This document shows, in pieces, positions 53,014 through 64,000 of a stretch of 64,000 nt of DNA. The stretch's first letter is position 1. Each line of letters begins with the position of its first letter. Under the pieces are notes generated by a model. The model did not search any database. It was not told the origin of the DNA and worked only from the letters and a program-made list of their open reading frames with translations. The stretch spans positions 66,582,599 through 66,646,598 of the forward strand of contig NC_068981.1 in NCBI RefSeq assembly GCF_001194135.2. Reading direction: 5' to 3'. The translations under genes and the position numbers were made by a program. The DNA is from Octopus bimaculoides. Lineage: Eukaryota.

Positions 53014-55756
53014 GAGATGGAGGGAGGACATTATTATTATTTACAAGCCTACCTTAACCTCCTGTTCCTGCTACCTTTTTTCCTTTTCTTTTTGCCCACT
53101 TCTCATATCAGTTCAGCTGGTGGCCTGTGATCAGCCTCCATGTTTTCTTGTGTGTGTGTGTGTGTGTGTGTTTTTTATCTTTTGTTTCAGTCTTGAGACT
53201 GTGGCCATACTGGGGCACAGCTTTGAAAGGCTTAGTTGAACAAATCAACCCTAATACTTATTTTTTTTCTAAACCTGTTGCTTTTTCTTTTGGTCTTTTT
53301 TTTTTTTTTTGCCAAACTACTAAGTTATGGAGACATAAATAAACCATCAGAAGTTGTCAAGAAGTGGTGGGGGATAAACACACACACACCCACCCACCCG
53401 TATGTATTACATAATCGACCAGACTATCAGATGTTGCTATACATCGCTGGCCACAGTACATTTTGCATTGTTTTAGCTTTTGAATGATGCTACCCTGGCT
53501 AGGTGAGCACCCTGGCTAGGTGAGCAGGCCAACATTCCTCCAAATCAGAAGGTTAGTTCATTGCAAGGTTACCCTTTTACAGCTCAATGGACTAGAGCAA
53601 TGTGAAATGAAGTGTTTTGCTCAAGAACACAATGCACCACCTGCTCTGGGAATTGAAATCATGATCTAACAATTGTGAGTGCAACACCCTAACCATGAGG
53701 TCATGTGCCCTCGCATGTGCACCCCCCCCACACACTCCCCTTCCTTTTTCTTTCAACAGGTGTGTTCATGTATCTACTCTACAACAAGACACCTATCCCT
53801 GTCCCTCTATACCTCTAATCTCATCAACTGGTACAAAAAGCCACCCCCCCACCCTTACTATCACTCCCGGTTGAAGATTTTTTATGCCTGTAAGTTACTT
53901 GGTGATCCTGTTGATGCTGTACTGGTGCTGTTGTCATGTAAAAGTATTGATGCTGGTGTCTCAAAAAAAGCACCCGATATTCTTTGTAAAGTGGTTGGTA
54001 TTAGGAAGGGCATCTGGCCATAGAGACAAAGCCAAAACTGACTATGGAGCCTGGTGCAGTTCCTGGTTTTACCAGCTCCTTCCTGTCAAACTGTCTAACC
54101 CATGCCAGCATGGAAAACTGATGTTGAATGGTGATGATGATACAATATATGTGTGTTTGTGTACACACACACACACACAAATGTACACATTTTCAGGAGT
54201 GACAGTGGAAGAAAATATTGATTTCTTTCATTTATGTAATATCAATTTTTGCAGGTATAGCAAATATAGTTGATTGAATTGTTTCCTCCCCAGCACCACT
54301 TAGTAAATATATTGCTAGTATATATATTTTATTAACTCTGGAAGGATAAAAGGCAAAATCAACCCTGTGTGATTTGAATCAGAATCTACAGGGGACAACA
54401 CAATTTACTTCAAGGCATTTAATTCAATAAAAACCTAGAAAGAAACGAAAAAAGATTATGGTATATGTGTTTGCCATAGGGACCTGTTGCTGCATTGACT
54501 CTTTCTGACCTAGACCAAAACAACTGGTCTCTTTGAATTTTAGTGATTATATTTTAGTTCATGCTTTTTTTTTTTTTACTAACAGAATACTACAAAGGAG
54601 ATTTTTAATATTTTAATGTGAAAGGGCAGTGTATTAGCAAAATTGGTACAATGGTTGTTAAAAGGCCTTGTGAGATTTAGTTGCCTATTTACATTTTGAG
54701 TTCAAATCTTACTGTAGTTGACTTGGACTTTTAATTTTTTTTTTCTTTTGCATGGGTGTATAGTGTCTGATAGAATAAGTACCAGTCATGTACTAGAGTT
54801 GATAATATTGACTACTAGCTGCTGTACCTGAGCTGGATCCAGGTTTGTTAGTACCTAATATACAAATGAGTAGACAAGTGAAAGAAAAGTGCACTCAACA
54901 CATTTAATAGGAGTTACATGTATTATTCAAAACACTTTGATTCGATTCCATACAGCTTCAAGTTTTGCAGGCTTTCAACAGAAGCTACCTTCCTGCTTCA
55001 TTCTAGTTGATTTCAGCTGGAAAAAATCACTCCTCTTTCTGTTGAACTATTCCCAACCCGTACAAAGTTCTGAAGTGTAGCTAAAACACCAACAGGGGGG
55101 AAATTGCCATATTCATGGTGACCACCACACCTCTGTTGTGTTTGGACTAAGATAAAATGAAGAGCCGAAGCATTGGTATGCTCCGGCTGAGCTGGAATCC
55201 TCTGTATTTTGAATAAACTGTTTTAAAAAGATGATGACAATCTTCAATTCATCTAGAATTGTTACATCCATATCAATGTTCAACTTGAGCATGAATTTTT
55301 GTTTCAAAATACTATTCTTATCTAAGTAGTTACACAAAATGAATTATTTTTCTAATCAGTTAATTTTTTCAATGCCTGTTGCTGTACATAGTGGTGTACA
55401 ATATTTTTAGTTTATGTCTGGAACGAAAAAGATAAAATTTCAGAAAAAATGAACAAATTAGAGTTTGCTTATGCCAGACATGGTCAAAGACTTTGCTACT
55501 GTTTGAGTTAAAAATATTGCTTTATTGAAAGTTCTCAAAGGTGAGAGACTACTGCTGTATACAAGAATAAGTTTACAAGAATAAGTTTATGTTGGGAATG
55601 TGGTTAAAGAAGAATGCTGTCTAGTGCAGAAAGCTGAAAATAGCAAATTCTTCAGCTTCAGCACCAACAACATTTGTTTGGGAGGAGTGTGAGCTAATGG
55701 GAGCTGTGTATATTGAAGTCATCAAGTATGGTAACTTTAGAGACTCAAGACAAAGG

Positions 55757-55794
<38 letters not shown>

Positions 55795-57278
55795 CTTTAA
55801 AAGTCACGTAACCTGTGATCTCCTTGAGATGATGTGCCTTTATTCAAAATTTCAATGAATATGCCTTGGATTGGAAGGTGATGCCTTTATATTCTCCTAT
55901 GAAAATTCCACAACAAACACATGACTCCTGTCAAGGAAGTCATCAGGGATCATTTGTTGACCTTTTGGTGCAGAAAGAAGAAGAGTAATAATAATTCATC
56001 TAAATATATTTGGCCATTTAGTCCAATAAACTATCCTACTATGGTTTCCTTTCTGTATTTTCTGAGTTAAGGGTTAACTTTGCATTCCACTCTCTCCAGG
56101 ATTGGTAAAATAAATTGCATTAAGTGTCCTGATGTCAATTCTTTTGATCACACCCTGTCCTTTACATATTTGTAGACCAATGCCTATGTAAGAAATCGAT
56201 ATAATATTGTTGGTTTAAGTGATTGTCATCCATATAATGTTATATAATAAGTCAGCACGTTAAAGGTTAACAAGAAATTTCAGTAATGATGAGGTCACGA
56301 ACAAACCATGCACAGACCAAGATTTTAGTTGCCACAACAGGAATTTAGTTACTTTGTGTGTGCATGTGTATGCATGTATGTGTGTGTGTGTGTACTGATA
56401 TGTGCAAGTAGGAATATTTAAGGATGGGCTAATTCAATTGAATGTATTAAGAGACAAGAATATCATAGATGTTATCAAAAGTGACAGTTCTAAATTGACA
56501 AGGTAGAAGGAGGTTATAAGATATGATTAACAAGTGTTTAATAAAGTTGATATTTGTAAATGTCAAGAAGGAATTTTAGTGGCTAAAAGTTCAAGTTAAA
56601 TTGAAAGCTTCTGTAAAGAATAACTGGAATTGGTGGATCACAGTTTCAATTCTTGTTACATTTTAAGCAGGATTGATATACACCTTTTACAATTCTGATT
56701 GGACTGGTATTTGTGGTTCAAGTTTGACTATCAGAACCAATGTGAAATACCACAAAGAAAAGCTTTTCATATATGTGAGCATTCAGGTCTCATTGTAATA
56801 TAATTTGATGGCTAAAATCTCAAGTTAAAAGTGGAAGCAAGTGCACATACATCAAAATGGATATTGTGATTTAGAGGTGTTGTTAATTTTTCACTGTTTG
56901 CTATACCCTAGCCTATCTTTTTCAATATGTATGCATATGTGTATGTTTGTCTGCACGTGTGTATATATCTGTCTGTCTATCTGTCCATTCATCTACCTAA
57001 GCACCTATTCTACCAACACATGCAATTTGAATGACCTATGTGTCTGTCTGTCTAGCTCTCTCTCTCTTTCTGTCTATATATATATGTCATTATTCAGTCC
57101 ACTTCTGCATTACTTTTAGTAACCCCCACCTCTCTCTCTCTCTCACACACACAAGGTTGTATGTAGATCCTGTAGCTCTGTGCTTATAAAGACTAGTGGA
57201 ATAAAAAAAAAACTCTCTTCATTGAAAAACAGGTGAGGGTTGGTGACAGGAAAAGCATCTGACCATAAAAATACTGTC

Positions 57279-57456
57279 TTATGTTCAAATTGGCCAGATC
57301 TGTCCTCTCATACCTACTTTACAATGTCATTCTAAAAATAGATAGTTACATCATTGAAATATCAAATCTATGAGATAATGCATAATTAATTCAAAACAGT
57401 GTGAATAAATAAGCAATAATACATTTGAGAAAGAAATCTGACTGCTAAAGGGTTAA
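57279..57456 (-). mobile_element. Second copy of the TTAA-CCCTT MITE
   Basis: Ends tgctaaagggttaa. ttatgttcaaattggccagatc is the reverse complement of gatctgaccagtttgaacataa at ~2726. Confidence 0.6.
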
Positions 57457-57495
57457 TATGTGTTCATCCAATCCATGCCAGCAGAGAAAAATGTG

Positions 57496-57554
<59 letters not shown>

Positions 57555-58728
57555 NNNNNNNNNNNNNNNNNNNNNNNNNNNNNNNNNNNNNNNNNNNNNN
57601 NNNNNNNNNNNNNNNNNNNNNNNNNNNNNNNNNNNNNNNNNNNNNNNNNNNNNNNNNNNNNNNNNNNNNNNNNNNNNNNNNNNNNNNNNNNNNNNNNNNN
57701 NNNNNNNNNNNNNNNNNNNNNNNNNNNNNNNNNNNNNNNNNNNNNNNNNNNNNNNNNNNNNNNNNNNNNNNNNNNNNNNNNNNNNNNNNNNNNNNNNNNN
57801 NNNNNNNNNNNNNNNNNNNNNNNNNNNNNNNNNNNNNNNNNNNNNNNNNNNCCGCTGAACTGGCTCCTGTGCAGGTGGCATGTAAAATACACCATTTTGA
57901 GCGTGGCCGTTGCCAGTACCGCCTGACCGGCCTTCGTGCCGGTGGCACGTAAAAGCACCCACTACACTCTCGTAGTGGTTGTCATTAGGAAGGGCATCTA
58001 GCTGTAGAAACTCTGCCAAATCAGATTGGAGCCTGGTGTAGCCATCTGGTTTCACCAGTCCTCAGTCAAATCGTCCAACCCATGCTAGCATGGAAAGCGG
58101 ATGTTAAACGACGATGATGATGATGATGTAGATAAATATATGTATATATAAGAATATATATATATGTGTATAAATATATATGTATGAATATGTCTATATA
58201 AAATCGAATTTTGAAAACCATTATAATGTAATTTTTAATGTATGAGAACCTTGTCAAATAGAAGGATCAAAATATTACTTAAGATAATAAATAAACAATT
58301 GTTTTGTTTATTTAAAAGTCCCTTTGTCACATCTTTCAGATTTCTGTTGGATTTTATACATTCATACTTTGAAAATATCTGACAAAATGATGTAAGAAAA
58401 AAACTATGAGCAGCATTATGTGTTCTACGCTTCATACAACTTTGACAGCCAGGTCCTTTCCATTATGATAGACTGAAAGTGGTAGTCATAGGAGAAAGGC
58501 TTACTGAGAGAGAGATAGAAGGAGAGAGAGAGAGAGAGAGAGGAATTGGTCTTTGTATTTCATTGGTACTTTATTTTATTGACCTGAAAAGGATGAAAGG
58601 TGTAGTTACCTTTAGTGGATTTTGAACCGAAAGTGCAAAGAGCCAGAACAAATATTACAAGGTATTTATCCAAATACTCTAGCATGTCTGTCAGTTGATT
58701 ACCACACAGATATGCGCATATGCGTGCA

Positions 58729-58766
<38 letters not shown>

Positions 58767-58949
58767 TAGTAACAAGAAATGTATGCATTTCACTGGCTAC
58801 ATCATAATCAGTCTTAAGATATTTTTCATCACAAGTGCTTACAAATATTTATAAAATAATAAATCATGGAGTTGTAATAAAAGTTTGTTGAGTGAAAGAA
58901 TAGTTGAAAAAACTAAATTTTGGTGGATGGCAGAAAGGAAATATGAAAA

Positions 58950-61400
58950 TATGATTGGCTTTTATCCCCCATCATAGCAGTTCTGTTTTAAGAACTATAT
59001 CTCTCATCAGGTTGTGTAAAAAGACAAAATCCCTAAGTGATCAGCAATCATAGAAGCTGAATGTACAACTGTCCACAACAGGCAAATGTAGTACTCAGAA
59101 AAAGCACTTTAATATCTAACTAGATGAAACTGTCTCAAGAACAGAAAAACAGAAAAATGTATATACTTTGAAAATTTTAACAAGCAATAATGCCTGTAGT
59201 ATTTTGTTGTAAAATCCTGCCTCAAATATATCCCTGTTGAATATCCCTAGCATGGAAAAACCAACATCAAATACATAATGCTTGAAACAACTACCCAAGT
59301 TGCCATTACATTCAGACAGCCCTGCTCTTGCTGTTGCCAATCCTTGCATGTTTTTTGCATAAGGGGGTCTTTACTCCCAATGTCTTTGAAAGCAGAGAAA
59401 GACTGGTTGTAATGTCAGTAAGGAATGTAAATGTTTTCCCAAACAGTGACAAGGTGTGAAATATCACATTCACTCATGTTTTCCTTATTATATTTAATGA
59501 TCTCCTTTTAATTCTAATTATTTTTCTAGACTCATTATGATTAGATTGTAATAATTCTCTAGTAGTGTCAGGCCCTTACCTCCCTGTGTGTACAGTCAAT
59601 ATATTCTGTCTGTATTAGCTGTAGAATAGTTGATTTAAGAATGATGTGAAAAGTTTTCTTGCTTACTATCTAGACTCTTCAGTTCATTTAACTTCCAGAT
59701 TATTACATCAGTGCTGTATTTTATGATTGGAATAGCTAATGTATTTATTATACTGATTATCTTATTTCTGACATTGAATTTTGATTTTGAAATTAGAATG
59801 ACTCACCAATAGTATTAAAAATTGTTTTTCCTTGATTTTTGTATGTTATATCTTATCAGTTTCATCTACTCCTTAGTATTAGCATTAATGGTTATGTTCT
59901 AATTCACTGATTTCAGTATCTAAATTGAACTTGATCTTTTGACTTTTAGTTAATTTTTTCCTTCTTCTTAGATTAGTTTTAGTACATTTGTCCTGTCTTA
60001 CTCCCATTTTTGTATCACTGCTGAATCAATGTATAGTTCTTAATAAGTTCTGCAGCTGATGAGGAATCTATTAAATCATCCGTATCAAATCATTGGTGAT
60101 TTGATTCAACAGATTAGTTAAGAGTCAGAGCTAGACAGACTAGTATCGGGGACAGTGAGTCTCCTTGAAAAATTCCTCTCTTATGTGATAGCACTAATTT
60201 TTATCATCTTTTTTATATCTTGCATTGCAGTGTTATTGATGTCTTGTATTTTCATATATTGTTGTTGATACCCTGTGGGGCTGTTTTGTTTTAAGTGCAT
60301 TGTCTTCAATATTCAGGATTATGCTATGTTGTTGAGGGCTTTTCTTTTGTTATGAAACCATGGTTGAATTTCTGTTTCTTTTTTGTTATATTCAACAACT
60401 GCTGTGTTTATCAATACAGTTATTGATAAATATAGCAAGTTAAAGTATGTCATGTAGATATATATAATATTTGAATGAAATTTCCGTAAATGATAGAGAA
60501 CAATGGTTGAACCAATAGACATATAACCATGGTGGAAATGTAAAGAAATAAAAAAAGCAATATATATATAACAGCTTTCTAGAAACTTGATCAGTAACCA
60601 TAGTGCTAATACCAAATTAATGATGAAAAAAAATATTGTATTACCAATACAAGATGTCATGCTTGTTGTTTCTGCTCCTTTGTTGGAACATTATTATCTT
60701 ATAGGTAAACATCCAACCTATTGTAGAATATAAAATGTCAGGAACTTTATATATATTGTTGGTCTTGTAATATTATTTTTGAAGATTAGTATTGTTATCC
60801 TCTCTAGTCACCATTTAGATGTTGATTCTAATCTTTGGCATAACTCATAGAATTCTGTTGCTATAAATTCGTGGTTACTGGGACTCTAACTAGAAATTGA
60901 AATATTTATCAATTTAGCAAGTCTTCCAGTTGCTGGTCACCTTAATTATATTAACAAATCCCTCTGATAATTTCACTTGGCAAACTTATGATGTTACTGG
61001 AATAATTTTTCCCCCCTCCTTTTGCCAGTTATATTCTTGTTGCATATTTTTGGCTTCCCATCCTCTCTCAGTATGATTCAATTTTTCTCGTTATTGGTGA
61101 AGTTTTCTTTTTCCATTGATGTCTTTGTAGAATTACCAACTACAATTATTTCAAATAAGTGATTCTGATGGCAGAAGTCCTCCAATTTTCAGCTTTCAAA
61201 ATTTTTTTTACCATGATCAGATGTTTACATTTTTTCATATCTTTCTTTTTCTTAATTTTGTATTGTCTTAATATTTGCTTTGTTCTTTTTTTTTTATTAT
61301 TAATTCTTAATATGAGACTTTGTCCTTCTTATTTTCATATGAGGCTACCTCTTTTTTATTTCATGATGATGATGATGATGAAGATAAGGATAGGCCTTTC
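58950..61400 (-). mobile_element. Old R4/Dong-type non-LTR retrotransposon (RT/thumb remnant)
   Basis: Best segment 59520-59810: ILISKSKFNVRNKIISIINTLAIPIIKYSTDVIIWKLNELKSLDSK and EGKGLTLLENYYNLII (NK..AINT.A.PV..YS...I.W...EL..LD; GGRGL). Weaker matches upstream (SNWKT; W*LERITILIFK). Confidence 0.65.
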
Positions 61401-63344
61401 TTACTTTTGTTCATCTATTGTGTATATANNNNNNNNNNNNNNNNNNNNNNNNNNNNNNNNNNNNNNNNNNNNNNNNNNNNNNNNNNNNNNNNNNNNNNNN
61501 NNNNNNNNNNNNNNNNNNNNNNNNNNNNNNNNNNNNNNNNNNNNNNNNNNNNNNNNNNNNNNNNNNNNNNNNNNNNNNNNNNNNNNNNNNNNNNNNNNNN
61601 NNNNNNNNNNNNNNNNNNNNNNNNNNNNNNNNNNNNNNNNNNNNNNNNNNNNNNNNNNNNNNNNNNNNNNNNNNNNNNNNNNNNNNNNNNNNNNNNNNNN
61701 NNNNNNNNNNNNNNNNNNNNNNNNNNNNNNNNNNNNNNNNNNNNNNNNNNNNNNNNNNNNNNNNNNNNNNNNNNNNNNNNNNNNNNNNNNNNNNNNNNNN
61801 NNNNNNNNNNNNNNNNNNNNNNNNNNNNNNNNNNNNNNNNNNNNNNNNNTTTTTTTGTGCGGGTGGCACATGAAATGCACCATTTTGAGCGTGGCCGTTG
61901 CCAGTACCGCTTGACTGGCCTTCGTGCGGGTGACACGTAAAAGCACCCACTACACTCTCTGAGTGGTTGGTGTTAGGAAGGGCATCCAGCTGTAGAAACT
62001 CTGCCAAATCAGATTGGAGCCTGGTGTAGCGATCTGGTTTCACCAGTCCTCAGTCAAATCGTCCAACCCATGCTAGCATGGAAAGCGGACGTTAAACGAC
62101 GACGACCATGCCTTCCAAGTTTTTTTTTTCAGAAGCATATACAAGTATCTATGCATTAAATAACCTTAATATACTACATAATATATTGGCATAATATATG
62201 GTAGAGACACTGTATATTTGATGACACTGTATATTTGGTGACTATATAAGCAATGTGTTAATGGATGGTTAATTGGTAGGATGTGGTACCGAAGAAAGAG
62301 TCAAAACTCTTAAAATATGCATATACACCCATTACCTATTTCTCTATCTTTGATCGTACTGTTTACACAAATGTATTCATATACAAAATATAATAACTTT
62401 CAGTGCTGGTTATAATTTCTACAGAAAATATGTAGACATAACTTTAAAAAGTGATTGAATGGCAATGACAACATAGGTAGGACACAGTATTGACTTTAAT
62501 ATACTTGGTAATATATTATGGTAACATAATGAAATACAGTGTCTCTACCATTTTATTATAATGATATGCAACCATAATATACTACCAAGCATATTAAAGG
62601 CTTATAAATCAGTACTGTGTTACAGGTTAGTACCATGTTAGCAATGCTATTCAATCTCTATTCACTACTGGCTCTAGTTTTTATAGAAAATCTATAGAGG
62701 TAACTTTAAAAAGTAATTGAATTGTACTGCTTATACAAGTAGGACATAGGGTTAACTTATAAGCTTTTAATATACTTGGTAGTATGTTATTGCTGCATAA
62801 TGAAATATGGTGTCCCTACCAGCAATGAATATGTACATACCAGTTGCCATGCCAATGTGTTTAATGTGTAAAATTGGTACATCCAGTTGTGTTACAGTGC
62901 TCAATTTGGTGGTGCTGAAGAAGAAGCAAAAACTCTTGAATTATGCACATACATCTATCACCTGTTTTCCTGTCTTTGAATCACATTGTTTACGTAGGCG
63001 TATTTGCATATGAAATGTAATTTTTAGTGCTGGCTCTAGTTTTTTTGAAAATCTGTAGAGATAACTTTGAAGTTATTTCTTATGAAATTGTTTATGCTTA
63101 GCTGGGGAATTGATGATCCATAATTTTTTATCTTATTATGATCAGTTCTTCAGTTTTTCATTGCTGACACTGATATGTGAAAAGCTGTTTTTTTTTTTGT
63201 TCTTATTGTAGGGGGATATTTGAATGGCTCTTCTCAAGGGCTTTTATATGGTCAAATTCCTCATCTTTATTTTTTATTTCTCCTCACTATTTATCTATGT
63301 TTTAATGTGAGAGATGGTCACTTGTCCTTTTAATATGAAGTTGG

Positions 63345-63495
63345 TTTTATTCACATTATTTACATTATTTGCATTTGAAGGATATTTGTCCTCATTTTGT
63401 TTGTTGTTAACACCACATTTCGGCTGATATACCCTCCAGCCTTCATCAGGTGTCTTGGGGAAATTTCAAACCTGGGTTCTCATTCCTAAGGTATT
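63345..63495 (-). mobile_element. Inverted pLTR segment of the Penelope-like element
   Basis: Lies immediately 5' of the truncated ORF in opposite orientation and carries a hammerhead motif. Inverted pLTRs at the 5' truncation are typical of PLE insertions. Confidence 0.7.
63409..63454 (-). ncRNA. Minimal type I hammerhead ribozyme motif (degenerate copy)
   Basis: Minus strand reads GACAC-CUGAUGA-A-GGCUG-GAGGGUAUAU-CAGCC-GAAA-UGUG-GUGUU. Core boxes CUGAUGA and GAAA are intact, stem II is GGCUG/CAGCC and stem I is GACAC/GUGUU. The cleavage triplet is GUG rather than NUH, so this copy is probably inactive. Confidence 0.75.
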
Positions 63496-63496
63496 A

Positions 63497-64000
63497 AGCA
63501 ACAACTACCCCAAAAACATACTATCTACTCCAATTATGAAGAAAAGAGGATGAAACCAATAAACTGTCTACAGTCTGTCTACCCTATATGAAAGGCCTCT
63601 CCGAAAAGATACAAAAGATATGCAGCCCATATGACATCAGGACAGTATTCAAGAGTAATATAACACTTCGCAAATATCTCCTTTGGGTAAAACCACCAAT
63701 AGAAGAGAATATGACCTAAAACTGTGTGTACTCCATCCCATGCAGCTGTGGTAGGTTATACAAAGGCGAAACAAGCTGCCCCTTCAAAATAAGGGTAGAC
63801 GAATATTGCAAAGCTGTAACACGAGGAGATATTGATAAATCGAGTATAGCTGATCATGTATGGAAAAATGGAGACTACCTCCCCCTGTGGGTTGAAATTA
63901 AAATAATAGAAAGAGAACACAATTGGAAAATACGAAAAATAAAAGAAGCTGCACATATGCTAGGATACAACAACCTCCTAAGCAGACCGAGTGCAGATAT
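63497..64000 (+). mobile_element. Penelope-like retroelement, 5'-truncated: RT thumb plus GIY-YIG endonuclease (pseudogenised, runs off the window)
   Basis: Hand translation gives ...TVCLPYMKGLSEKIQKICSPYDIRTVFKSNITLRKYLLWVKPPIEENMT*NCVYSIPCSCGRLYKGETSCPFKIRVDEYCKAV...KSSIADHVW...IIEREHNWKIRKIKEA. This fits the Penelope GIY-YIG pattern VYxIPCxCGxxYIGET...EH...S.IAEH. One frameshift near 63550 and a stop at 63717-63719. Confidence 0.9.

Noticed and set aside
54889-55337. Relatively GC/CpG-richer stretch with 60-75-codon frames on both strands
   Set aside because: No recognisable motif and no consistent splice pair.
59116-59349. Protein-looking minus-strand ORF MQGLATARAG...
   Set aside because: Lies inside the R4/Dong remnant and is best explained as an off-frame reading of it.
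60050-60110. CTGATGAG motif suggesting a hammerhead
   Set aside because: No GAAA box or stems follow, and it lies antisense within the decayed R4/Dong element.

Overview
AT-rich, repeat-saturated eukaryotic DNA with 13 N-gaps, most of them next to microsatellites. The SINE/LINE families look like those of octopus; this is an inference from family recognition, not a database hit. No intact host protein-coding gene can be supported. Most listed ORFs are microsatellite or N-gap artefacts, and the rest are decayed transposon frames. Recognisable DNA-transposon fossils: a TTAA-flanked piggyBac (~7.8-11.1 kb), a pogo/Tigger transposase, a cluster of four pieces of one Charlie/GTF2IRD2-type hAT (12.9-22.2 kb), and a long foldback element with a (TTAGGG)n core. 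Retroelement fossils: RTE, RTE-X-like and CR1-like LINE fragments, three R4/Dong-type fragments, a Penelope-like element with an inverted pLTR and a degenerate minimal hammerhead ribozyme at the right edge, and many tRNA-derived SINEs, some in head-to-tail arrays. The most unusual structures are the Penelope/hammerhead junction, two long near-perfect hairpins (34.1 kb and 49.9-50.1 kb), the foldback element with a nested insert, and a 286-bp near-identical block inside otherwise diverged hAT duplicates. I found no clear evidence of an undescribed biological system; the candidates are reported with that caveat. Boundaries of decayed elements are approximate, and all alignments and translations were done by eye.
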